Shown here piece by piece: positions 1 to 8,900 of a stretch of 64,000 nucleotides of DNA. Within the stretch, counting starts at the first letter, position 1. Every line of letters begins with the position of its first letter. The notes below the pieces were generated by a model, which was given only the letters and a program-made list of their open reading frames with translations, was not told the DNA's origin and did not search any database. The DNA comes from an uncultured Spirochaetota bacterium. GTDB taxonomy: Bacteria; Spirochaetota; Brevinematia; Brevinematales; JAOACQ01. A program made the position numbers and the translations under genes. The stretch lies in the NCBI GenBank assembly GCA_963835575.1, contig CAWIGG010000002.1:1408001-1472000 (forward strand), read 5' to 3'.

Positions 1-1451
1 GATAAATCCAGTTTATACGGTTTTATTTTATTCAGCTTTTCATCCAGGAACACGATCACCACGGGCTTATCCAAAGAAGATTTGTTCACTCCGGCGACCA
101 TTCCTATCTTTTCATCTTTAAGAAACACCCAGGTCCCGACCGGGTACATGGAGGCCGCCCGGATAAAAGCGTAAACCACATCCCCGTCAAATTTGTTCCT
201 TTCATTATTCAATAGGTTCATTAAAAAAGCCCGCGGGTTCTGCTGCCTGTCATAAAACGGGTTAACAGTTGTCGATTCGACAAAATATTCGGCAAACATC
301 AGTACCGGCGTGTATCTGGAAAAAAAGCGGGGAAGCAATCCGTTCGGCACTCCGGAACCGTCAAAACGCTCATTATGCTGATATATCGTGCTCTGAACTT
401 CAAAATTAACATCAAGCTTCTTTGAAATATGGAAACCTTCGCTGGAATGAAGAGCGTTTATAGTCTGGTCCTGGAGGTTGAATTTATAACTTGAAGCCAG
501 GTTCGGAATATTCTTTTTAAAGCTGATATCATGAAGAAAAGCCGCTATGCCGACGTTGATCATATCTTCCAGTGAAAAGAATTTTTTACCGAGCGCCGTA
601 AACATCTCAAGATCGTTATCTTTCATAACAGATGTTTTTTCCTGCACCATTTTTGTCAATTCAATGGCCGTGATGAGGGCGACAATGACCACCTGCAGGG
701 AATGATTGGACAGGAAATCATTATAATTCTCTTCCTTAAAAACCCTGGCCAGCAGTCCGCAGGACAATTTATAACCGATGTCGCTTAGTAAATCGGCCAG
801 AATATCTTCCACAAAAGAACTGTAAACCATCTGGTTGTTAATGACCGCGTTTAAAAATATCTCCGTGTTTTTTTCATAATTTTCCATTTTTTTTATTAAA
901 TCCGCGGCTGACAACGCTTCGACTTTTTCCAGCCCTTCCAGGTCCGCAGAAGAAATGGAATGATCATTAATGACTTTCATAGCGTCTTCTATAAATTGAA
1001 TACTGCTCTTTTTCAGCACATTATTAAACCTGGCCTTATGCTTTTCCTGATTTTCATTGATCTTTTCCTGATAATTTTCGCCTCTGATCAGCTCTTTTTT
1101 CAATTCCACCAATTCTTTCAATTTAACGGAGACATTGCTGTCCGTCATCGATGAGAGTTTTTGTTCCTTAGTCAGGTCCTTCTGCGCGATTTCCTTTTTA
1201 ATGCTGTTCTTGTGAATATCCTTGATTGACGAATTCAATTCATCATCGCTTTTGATATTCTCCGTTTCCAGTAAAAAGACATGGACCTTTGGAATATTCA
1301 GCAAGATAATTTTCTGGATATCCATTAATGACAGGACGTGACCTTTGGATAAGCCGCATAGACCGATGCTTTCGCTGAGAACATAGCCAGGCTTCAATTC
1401 ACTGACCTGTACTTCCCTGAGATTCCTCGAAGACTTATCTTTTGTTACCAT
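1..1451 (-). CDS. HD-GYP-like domain protein with degenerate motifs (3' end runs off the window)
   Basis: Not in the ORF track. Manual translation from ATG 1451 (GAGG upstream) gives MVTKDKSSRNLREVQVSELKPGYVLSE...VGIAAFLHDISF...IYQHNERFDGSGVPNGL...MYPVGTWVFL. Confidence 0.8.
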   Translation of the reverse strand, partial: MVTKDKSSRNLREVQVSELKPGYVLSESIGLCGLSKGHVLSLMDIQKIILLNIPKVHVFLLETENIKSDDELNSSIKDIHKNSIKKEIAQKDLTKEQKLSSMTDSNVSVKLKELVELKKELIRGENYQEKINENQEKHKARFNNVLKKSSIQFIEDAMKVINDHSISSADLEGLEKVEALSAADLIKKMENYEKNTEIFLNAVINNQMVYSSFVEDILADLLSDIGYKLSCGLLARVFKEENYNDFLSNHSLQVVIVALITAIELTKMVQEKTSVMKDNDLEMFTALGKKFFSLEDMINVGIAAFLHDISFKKNIPNLASSYKFNLQDQTINALHSSEGFHISKKLDVNFEVQSTIYQHNERFDGSGVPNGLLPRFFSRYTPVLMFAEYFVESTTVNPFYDRQQNPRAFLMNLLNNERNKFDGDVVYAFIRAASMYPVGTWVFLKDEKIGMVAGVNKSSLDKPVVIVFLDEKLNKIKPYKLDL

Positions 1452-1695
1452 ATCCGCCTCTCCGTTTCCATATTAGCCCCATTAAAATACATCTTTCCAA
1501 TACGGAATAAAGAGGGAAACCCCATTACATACCCCAATATAAAACGCTGTAACCAATTCATCAAAAATAAAAGTTTCTGATTGTTTTTTAAATTGCTGTT
1601 GACGGAATTTTTAATAGACGCGAAATATTATTGATCAATTTTCAATATTCTACATCTAAATAATTAAAAATGCAATAGAAAACAGGAAAATATTT

Positions 1696-1719
1696 TTTAT
1701 AAGGAAATTTCCTTATAAA
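1696..1719. promoter_or_regulatory. Perfect 24-bp palindrome TTTATAAGGAAATTTCCTTATAAA, possible operator
   Basis: Seen directly, upstream of the HD-GYP-like gene; AT-rich, so it could be chance. Confidence 0.35.
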
Positions 1720-1776
1720 TCCTTATATTTTGACTTTTAATAGGCTTTTTTTCTTTAAAAAGAAAGGGAAAAGGGT

Positions 1777-2229
1777 GGCGGCACAGCCTTCGGCTGTGAC
1801 ACGCTGCAGGATCGTCCGCCGGCAGGAAGCAACGACCGGAATTGTTTTTTTTAATTTTTGATCAAGATAAATTATAGAGCATCTTTATTTTTAAAACAGT
1901 TCGCTAATTTGCTCCAGCGGCTTGGGCTGCAGCCATTCGCGGCCGCACGCAGGTAACTCACCTGCCTCTTGTAAGCTTTTTTCAGAAGATTCTCTTATTT
2001 GCCCGTCTTGATTCTTTCAATCCGACAAGAGGCAGGTGAGTTACCTGCGTTTAAGCCGGCCTGCTCCCTTCGATGCGCTTCGCTTACTCAGGGCAGGCAT
2101 GGGCAGCCCTACGCCGCTTCCGCAATAAGCTAATAATTATTTTCAATCCTTTATTATGTTGATGTGATGATCAAAATTTAAAAAAAAACAATTCCGGCCT
2201 CAGCAGGGAGCGACCGCCGGCGGACGATA
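1777..2229. repeat. Rod-like palindromic element, copy A
   Basis: Outer imperfect IR (about 1811-1864 / 2168-2228) and perfect 26-bp inner IR (1947-1972 / 2025-2050); homologous to 7070-7480 and 3015-3440. Confidence 0.85.
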
Positions 2230-2363
2230 AAGTAAATGAAAATAATAATAAACAAAGGAATTTTATCTAAGAAGCGTCACTTCGATGAACTCAGTGCAAG
2301 AGAGATGAAAATTTCCTTCGCCGCTGGTTATAGTGTGAAGCAATGGTTCGGCAGGCTCACCAT
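2059..2363. repeat. Cluster of short REP-like hairpins (stem-TTCG(A/G)..(G)CTCA-stem)
   Basis: Copies at 2059-2098, 2278-2296 and 2343-2363. Confidence 0.6.
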
Positions 2364-2525
2364 GGCGTCTGTCTGCACAGACACATCACTTCTTAGATAC
2401 CAAAAACCATTTTTAAACCTGTTGATTGACAAACGTAAAGTGAGTATCTGAATATATGCAGGAATACTCTTGACTTTAGTATTTTAAATATTTAGCTTCC
2501 TTTATATAAGTAAAGGAGCAGATAT

Positions 2526-3011
2526 ATGCAAAAGATCACCCCATTCCTCTGGTTCGATAATCAAGCCGAAGAGGCTGTTAATTTTTATGTGTCGATTTTT
2601 AAAAATTCAAAAATTGGAAGCGTTTCCCGTTATGGAGATGAAGGGACGGAGGTCTCCGGAAAGCCGAAGGGAACGGTCATGTCAGTCACATTCCAGCTCG
2701 ACGGGCAGGAATTCACGGCGTTGAACGGCGGCCCTCAATTCTCTTTCACGCCGGCCATATCTTTCTTTGTGAACTGCAAAACGCAGGAGGAAGTTGACGA
2801 GCTGTGGGAAAAGCTTTCCGAAGGCGGTGAGAAAGTACAATGCGGCTGGCTTAAAGACAAATACGGCATATCATGGCAGATCGTTCCGACTATTCTAGGC
2901 AAGCTTCTGAAGGACAAGGACCCTGAAAAATCGAAAAGGGTCATGACAGTCATGCTGAAAATGACTAAACTTGATATTGATGCTTTAAAGAAAGCATACA
3001 ACAACAACTAG
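2526..3011 (+). CDS. VOC family protein (PhnB / 3-demethylubiquinone-9 3-methyltransferase-like)
   Basis: [11 protein letters not shown]...[38 protein letters not shown]. Confidence 0.93.
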   Translation: MQKITPFLWFDNQAEEAVNFYVSIFKNSKIGSVSRYGDEGTEVSGKPKGTVMSVTFQLDGQEFTALNGGPQFSFTPAISFFVNCKTQEEVDELWEKLSEGGEKVQCGWLKDKYGISWQIVPTILGKLLKDKDPEKSKRVMTVMLKMTKLDIDALKKAYNNN

Positions 3012-3014
3012 TGC

Positions 3015-3440
3015 CTATGGCTATGCCGCACTGCCAGATTGTACCCCGGTAGTAAGCAATGGCAGATAAAATACTTTTCTGGACACTGATAATTAATTTA
3101 TGGGCAGTTCCTCCCTCACCATTTTGGATTGCTTCAAGGTGGGCTTACAAAATGGTGAGGGATGGAACTGCCCCAGTTAAGAAATTCCTTGTAAATGTAA
3201 ATGGCGCTGCCGCATAGAATTCGCTGGCAAGTGATTTTTTTTGGCAGCGAACTCGAGCGGCCGCATGATCTAAAACAAGGTCGGCAGTTCTAAAAATGTG
3301 AGTTTTTAGAACTGCCCTTTAAAATAATCACACATACGCTCAGAGGGTTTATTTTGCAACCGCTCACGGGTACATACGCAAGGAGAAGTTTGCGGCTCAA
3401 CTGCGCCGGGCCTCACACATGTGACAGTCCCCGGCGGACA
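3015..3440. repeat. Rod-like palindromic element, degenerate copy C (interrupted by a MITE, internally deleted)
   Basis: 3015-3100 aligns with about 7080-7165; 3335-3380 aligns with about 7197-7240; ends in CCGGCGGAC like copies A and B. Confidence 0.7.
3102..3317. mobile_element. MITE, diverged 216-bp copy (GGGCAGTTC...GAACTGCCC)
   Basis: Same termini, central hairpin and right hairpin as 25895-26098; the left hairpin has a different sequence but still pairs. Confidence 0.8.
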
Positions 3441-3558
3441 AAAATATTTCAATAAACTTTCTTAATTTTATTGATAATAGGATTTGGGATAAAATACCTA
3501 TTGCCAGCTCTTCAATAATAATATAAGATATTATGAAAATTTAAATGGGGATTTTATT

Positions 3559-4407
3559 ATGAGTACGGAAATCTATTATTTTTCAGGGACGGGAAATTCG
3601 CTGGTTGTCGCGCGGGGAATAGCGGAGCAAACAAAAGGGAAACTGATCCCAATCGCTTCCATGGTTGATAAAAAAGCAGTCATGCCAAAAGCCGATAGTT
3701 TCGGTATCGTGTTTCCGGTCTATTATGTGGATATTCCCGTTATCATCAGAAAATTTGCAGAAAAACTGGATAATATCAAAGATAAGTACCTGTTCGCGGT
3801 ATGCACCTATGGGGGCGGAGCAGGGAATTCATTTAACAGCTTAAGCAGGATCATCCGATCGCGCAGAGGCGAACTTTCCGCTATGTTCGGCGTTCATATG
3901 CCGCAAAACGGATTTTTCAAACCCTGGGAAAAGCATCAGGTAATTTTTCAAAAAAGCAAAAAGAAGCTTAAAACAATCAGCAGGATGATTAATCTTAAGA
4001 AAAAAGGAATGCCTTTATCCGGTGCGCTGGCGCAGATCATTCTTTATCCCATTCAAATATTAAGCGAATCCGCTTTTAGAAGCTGGATCGTAAAAGCATC
4101 CGGCATATCAGATCGGCCGAATGAAGAACTGATCGGGCGGCTAGACAAGGATTACAGTACAAATGATAACTGCAGCGGCTGTGGGATATGCGTTCAGGTT
4201 TGCCCTGTCAATAACATAAAAATGGCAGACAAAAAGCCAGTGTGGCTGAACCATTGCGAGACCTGCCTGGCTTGCTATCACTGGTGTCCTATGAAAGCCA
4301 TTCAGGGTGGAATTTCTCCTTATAAAAATCAATTTTTTTATCATCATCCAGATATTAAAATTTCAGATATCATTAAACAGAAACAAGCTGTAAGTAATAT
4401 CATATGA
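3559..4407 (+). CDS. EFR1-family ferredoxin (flavodoxin-like domain plus 2x[4Fe-4S])
   Basis: YYFSGTGNSL N-terminus; CSGCGICVQVCP and CETCLACYHWCP. Confidence 0.9.
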   Translation: MSTEIYYFSGTGNSLVVARGIAEQTKGKLIPIASMVDKKAVMPKADSFGIVFPVYYVDIPVIIRKFAEKLDNIKDKYLFAVCTYGGGAGNSFNSLSRIIRSRRGELSAMFGVHMPQNGFFKPWEKHQVIFQKSKKKLKTISRMINLKKKGMPLSGALAQIILYPIQILSESAFRSWIVKASGISDRPNEELIGRLDKDYSTNDNCSGCGICVQVCPVNNIKMADKKPVWLNHCETCLACYHWCPMKAIQGGISPYKNQFFYHHPDIKISDIIKQKQAVSNII

Positions 4408-4424
4408 AAGAATGACTGGGTAAA

Positions 4425-4460
4425 CGTCCTTTCTTTCTTTTAAAAAAGAAAGAAAGGACG
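4425..4460. terminator. Hairpin between convergent genes
   Basis: CGTCCTTTCTTTCTTTT / AAAAGAAAGAAAGGACG inverted repeat. Confidence 0.55.
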
Positions 4461-4489
4461 CATTAAACAAACTCTTCAACGTGAATTCA

Positions 4490-5116
4490 TTAATTATTAA
4501 AGCTCATATTAAGCTCCGCCGCTCCGATGATCTTGTCATTTATGGCAGCCATCATTTCATCGAGAGTGAACCCGTCTTTAAGCCCCGAGGGTGCCGATAG
4601 GGCGTAAACCTGAAGCCTGTAGACATGGATGATAGGTCTTTTCGCGTCCTTGGGAAAATCTTTCGGCGGCTGCGGGCCCGTATAACCTATCTCACCGCGG
4701 CCGTTTTTTCCCTGTATGAAGCCTCTTGGATGGGCCGAGGCGTTGTCCTTCAATCCGCCGAGTGAGGGATTGATATCGGCGGCGATCCAGTGAATGAACG
4801 AGTCTCCCTTCATTCCATTGGCGGCCATCACCTTCTTGGCGTCCGGGTCGTCAAAGACCAGGGCGAGCGCTTTTGTTCCCGCGGGAAGGTTTTTCCATGT
4901 GAACGGGAACAACCTGGGATTCGCTTTTCCCTTATCCTTAGCGGCATAAATCGCGGCGATCCTGCCGTCCGATTTCAAACCGGAATCGAAGCCTATCTGC
5001 GGTTTTCCCTTCACTGCCGGCGACATAAGCTTGAACGGACCTTTCGAAGCCGACATCAAAAAAAGAGCTATAACCGCCAGAAAAGCAACAACAGAAAGAT
5101 TCCTCATCATTTTCAT
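4490..5116 (-). CDS. YbhB/YbcL (PEBP / Raf kinase inhibitor-like) exported protein
   Basis: Signal peptide; ALVFDDPDA, FIHW, GYTGPQPP, HVYRLQVYAL. Confidence 0.88.
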   Translation of the reverse strand: MKMMRNLSVVAFLAVIALFLMSASKGPFKLMSPAVKGKPQIGFDSGLKSDGRIAAIYAAKDKGKANPRLFPFTWKNLPAGTKALALVFDDPDAKKVMAANGMKGDSFIHWIAADINPSLGGLKDNASAHPRGFIQGKNGRGEIGYTGPQPPKDFPKDAKRPIIHVYRLQVYALSAPSGLKDGFTLDEMMAAINDKIIGAAELNMSFNN

Positions 5117-5244
5117 ATTTCCTCCTTTTATTTTCGCAGAATGTCATTTCTGCTATTTTTATTAATATAATAAAATTAGAGGTGAAATGTCAACCGGCGG
5201 CATCCTGCGGGGGTTTTGTTCACTTTTCTTTTGGAAAGTCCCAA

Positions 5245-5537
5245 TGCCTCGACAAGCTCGGCAACCGAATACCCTTTTATCTAAACAAAAAACCAGAAAG
5301 CGATGTCCCGAGCACTTCGGCGTAGCTCAGTGTAAACTCCGCCGAGGGGAAAAGGACTTTCGAGGCCATTTTCATACGAAGAGGTCGGATTGTATGGATA
5401 TGTGTTATCCGGCTTTTAGAAAATCGTTTCTTTATTACAATAGCCTCCTTATATCGCTGTCCATAGCTTTATGCGTCGGTTGCGGCATCCCCTTCGACTC
5501 CCGTTCGACTTCGCTCACGGTCGCTCAGGGCAGGCTC
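5245..5537. repeat. REP-like hairpins, including nested copies
   Basis: TGCCTCGACAAGCTCGGCA at 5245; CACTTCGGCGTAGCTCAGTG nested in 5305-5350; CCCTTCGACTCCCGTTCGACTTCGCTCACGGTCGCTCAGGG near 5490. Confidence 0.6.
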
Positions 5538-5771
5538 TGCCGCAAGCATGGGCTTCAGCTCTTTTATTATTATAGCGGATAACACGTCATTCAATCGATT
5601 AGTTTGATTTGCAGATTATGGTTTAGAGGAAAATGGCCTCGGGTACTGATATTGAATCGAATTTCTTTTTGATTATTACCCAATACTTCCTTTTAAAATA
5701 TTCCTTTATAAAGAATCAATTCCAGACATCAGCTATCATTTCGAAGGTTTGAAAACAACTCCGCCGCAGAT

Positions 5772-5799
5772 TAACACTCGTTATTTGACAAACGGCAGG
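5772..5799. repeat. 27-28 bp direct repeat TAACAC(T)CGTTATTTGACAAACGGCAGG, copy 1
   Basis: Second copy at 7584-7610 differs by one indel. Confidence 0.7.
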
Positions 5800-5837
5800 C
5801 GCGTATGTAATGCCCGACCGAATAGACAGGATGGCCT

Positions 5838-6968
5838 CTAAAACAGCCCTTTACGCACAACAATTGCCTTTTGCGGACAGATTTCCTGACAGCAGTAGCA
5901 CCGGATGCACTTATTGTAGTTATATACTGGCGGCTGCTTTTTATCTCCGTTCTTGAAATCAAGCGCTTTGCCTTCCACAGGGCAGGCATCGACGCATATG
6001 CCGCATTTGATGCAATTTTCTTTTATTATGAAAGGTCTGGGAAAAATGAAATTGCCGATAAACTTCGGAACCAGGTTTCTTTGATATGTTTTTTCCACAG
6101 GCTTCCGGACAACATTGAAATTTTTATTGATGAATAAATCAATAGGATCACCTAAAAGTTCTATTTCTTCTTCCTTATATGTTCCCAGGCCCGCCTGACT
6201 GCCGTAAACGTTCGTCGGCACATACTCCGGATTCATGTCTATCATTCCGGCAAATGTGGCATCCATCGCGATGGGATCGGCGGATACCATGATACAGTTC
6301 ATTTTGACGGCATCTCCGGCGCGGGGTCCGTTCCCATCCATTGCCACGATTCCATCCATAATAAAAAGGCGCATTTTTAAATTTTTATTCAGGTCCACAA
6401 GCATTTTGGCGAAGTTCAGCGGATGAGGGACCTTGACATGAAAGGCGGCCTTGTTCATACCGTAAACACAGCCGAACTGGTTTTTAATTGCGCCGGTAAT
6501 CCGGGTCAGCGCGTGGGTTTTCATCTTCGGGAGGCTGATAATGCCGTCTGTTTCGAGACATGCGTTTGCAATATCGAATTTTACCGCTGCCATACCCTGC
6601 GGATAATCTATGCTTCTGCCCTTTTCAAAATCGCCTAATTTAATGGAATAGCGCCCGGCTATTTCCGTCAAGCCGGCTTTTGTCAGGGCCGCGGAAGGTT
6701 TTTCAAACCCCGGCGAATCCCCGTACGTTACATTGACGCCGTATTCCATCAGCAATCTGACGATGCCGTTAAACACTGAAGGGTGCGTGGTGACGAGATC
6801 TTCGGGTTTTGCGGCGGCGAGAATATTCGACTTTAAAAGGATGTTTTCCCCTTTTTTAACGAACGATCCGATCCCGCCGATCAGGTCCACTCCCCTCTTT
6901 ATAGCCTCATAGACCTTCTGCTCGTCATAGCTTTCACAGCGTACAATTGCGACTTTTGATTTATTCAT
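5838..6968 (-). CDS. DUF362 domain protein with C-terminal 4Fe-4S dicluster
   Basis: ILLKSNIL...TTHPSV, ISLPKMKTH..T.ITGAIKNQFG, CIKCGICVDACP, CIRCYCCQEICP; start moved to ATG 6968 behind AAGGAG. Confidence 0.9.
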   Translation of the reverse strand: MNKSKVAIVRCESYDEQKVYEAIKRGVDLIGGIGSFVKKGENILLKSNILAAAKPEDLVTTHPSVFNGIVRLLMEYGVNVTYGDSPGFEKPSAALTKAGLTEIAGRYSIKLGDFEKGRSIDYPQGMAAVKFDIANACLETDGIISLPKMKTHALTRITGAIKNQFGCVYGMNKAAFHVKVPHPLNFAKMLVDLNKNLKMRLFIMDGIVAMDGNGPRAGDAVKMNCIMVSADPIAMDATFAGMIDMNPEYVPTNVYGSQAGLGTYKEEEIELLGDPIDLFINKNFNVVRKPVEKTYQRNLVPKFIGNFIFPRPFIIKENCIKCGICVDACPVEGKALDFKNGDKKQPPVYNYNKCIRCYCCQEICPQKAIVVRKGLF

Positions 6969-7069
6969 AATCTGTTTTCTCCTTATATAATTTAACATTA
7001 AATTATATTATAATAGATGAAAATCGGCAATTTTAATTTAGATGTCTGCGACTGATGAGAAAGAAAAAG

Positions 7070-7480
7070 GGCGGTACAGCCTTCGGCTGTGCCACGCTGC
7101 AAGATTGTCCCCCGGCGGAGAGCTGCGGCAGAGAGTAAACTTTTCTGAATGCTGATATATAATCTACATCCTTGTTAATTTTAACAAAGGCACGCTTCGC
7201 TCCGAGGGCTTGTTTTGCAATCCGCTCCCGGACACGCACTCGGAACTCACACGCCCATTGTAAGCATTTTTTTAAAGAATCCTTAATTAATCTGTTTTGA
7301 TTCCGGAATTTCCGACAATGGGCGTGCTCGGACAATCCGAGTTCTCAAGCTGTCCGGGAGCGGAGCAAAACTACGCCCTCTCCGCGATGCTCTGTACTTC
7401 AATTCCTTTATTAACTGAGTGACGCATCCAGAAAATTTTACTCTCTGCCCCCAGCAGGGAGAAACCGCCGGCGGACGGTA
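7070..7480. repeat. Rod-like palindromic element, copy B
   Basis: Nested stems 7204-7209/7375-7380, 7212-7218/7365-7371, 7221-7234/7351-7364, 7250-7261/7315-7326; ends shared with copy A. Confidence 0.85.
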
Positions 7481-7522
7481 TAGAGAAAAAAATAATAATA
7501 AAAATGTATACAAAAGCCCGGA

Positions 7523-7542
7523 CACTGAGCGGAGCCGAAGTG
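7523..7542 (-). repeat. REP-like hairpin
   Basis: Reverse complement is CACTTCGGCTCCGCTCAGTG. Confidence 0.6.
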
Positions 7543-7583
7543 GCCGGACATAAAAACAGCTTACAACGGCGCCTGTCTTGACA

Positions 7584-7610
7584 TAACACCGTTATTTGAC
7601 AAACGGCAGG
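7584..7610. repeat. 27-bp direct repeat, copy 2
   Basis: Matches 5772-5799. Confidence 0.7.
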
Positions 7611-7776
7611 TTAATGTGCTACACTGAATCGATTGGTGTTAAAGAGATGGGGATTAGGTTCTCAGGATTTCGCGAAGAAAGCCGGGCTGTTTTAAGCCGG
7701 CTTATTTCTCTATGGAAGCATAACGTTGGGGCATGCGGAAAGGCATGCCTTTTTTTGTTTAAAAAAGGAGAAAACA

Positions 7777-8625
7777 ATGCGAATTGTCGTGGGTATAGAT
7801 GAAACTGGTACCGAAAGACAAATTTGTGATGGATGGTGTTACTTTGGGATACCTAATGATTGTTTAAAATCATTTGATAAAGAATCTAATGTAATAAAAT
7901 CGAAACATAATATTTCTAAATTTCATGCTAAAGAATATCAAAACTCAGAAAGGACTGCATATGAAGAATTTCTTTTACTTATTGAAAAATACATCGAATC
8001 TTGTCCTATTTCAATTTGTTCAACATACCTGTATCGTAAAGACTGGAATATAAAACTTCATGAGTTCTCAGAAAGAATATTATCAGGTGCAACAAAAACA
8101 GTTGGTATAGAAAATCTAGATGCCACAAAGATCGCGAAATTATTTCTCCCACCATTATATTCGCTTTCAAAGATTGGAAGAAATTTAAATCATTCATCTG
8201 AATTTGAAGTTTATTTTGATAGTGACCAACTTAAATCTCAAATTAATAATCATGTTTTTTCATTAACTACAGAAATAGGTCTGAGTCTTCGAAAAACAAT
8301 AGCTATAGTTGCAAATGAATATCGAAAATTAAATTATCCAAATTCACCAAAGATACTAGATACAAATATTCAAGTTTTAGATGATGAAAAAAGCAATATT
8401 ATTCAAGCAGCGGATGTAATAGGAAACTTCTCTAATGCATATATATTCACAACCCTGGGTGGTGTTTCAAATAAAAGAAAAGAAAAATCTACAATCTTCA
8501 CTAAGGCATTTGGTAAACATTTAACTGAAGTTGATTTTAGTGGTCAAATTAAATTACATGGATTAAATGATTTAGAGCTTATTGGGGATGCTGCTGCACT
8601 CCCATTTATACTTGGGAGATGTTAA
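7777..8625 (+). CDS. DUF3800-like protein (RNase H-like fold), low GC
   Basis: N-terminal IVVGIDETG, FHAKE, VYFD, C-terminal IQAADVIG; AAGGAG RBS before ATG 7777. Confidence 0.75.
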   Translation: MRIVVGIDETGTERQICDGWCYFGIPNDCLKSFDKESNVIKSKHNISKFHAKEYQNSERTAYEEFLLLIEKYIESCPISICSTYLYRKDWNIKLHEFSERILSGATKTVGIENLDATKIAKLFLPPLYSLSKIGRNLNHSSEFEVYFDSDQLKSQINNHVFSLTTEIGLSLRKTIAIVANEYRKLNYPNSPKILDTNIQVLDDEKSNIIQAADVIGNFSNAYIFTTLGGVSNKRKEKSTIFTKAFGKHLTEVDFSGQIKLHGLNDLELIGDAAALPFILGRC

Positions 8626-8680
8626 ACTTCACTTTGTAAAGTTATGTCGTATAATTAATGATAAAAATGAGGAATATATA

Positions 8681-8848
8681 ATGGAAATAACAAATCGATT
8701 TGAAGATATGTTTGTAAAGGTAATAATCGAAGAAATAATTAAAACAATAAATAATAAAATTATATCAGAAATTATTACTAGGCTATTTAAGATTACCACT
8801 TTAATACTCGTCTATATGAATTACGTTTATAAAAATAGAATGGTTTAA
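8681..8848 (+). CDS. Small hypothetical protein
   Basis: GAGGA RBS plus ATG, 55 aa, inside the low-GC island; no recognisable motif. Confidence 0.3.
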   Translation: MEITNRFEDMFVKVIIEEIIKTINNKIISEIITRLFKITTLILVYMNYVYKNRMV

Positions 8849-8900
8849 TGCATTTTTTAAAAAAGAGTAAATTTAATTTATAAATTAACAGGTAGTAATT

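Noticed and set aside
5190..5570. Fourth copy of the rod-like element
   Set aside because: Only short matches (CCGGCGG..ATCCTGC, TCGGATTG) and no collinear set of stems; possibly a decayed relative, but I cannot support it by eye.
5187..5582. 131-aa ORF (also 2236-2451, 7033-7589 and 54062-54337)
   Set aside because: These read through palindromic repeat DNA and have no recognisable protein motifs.
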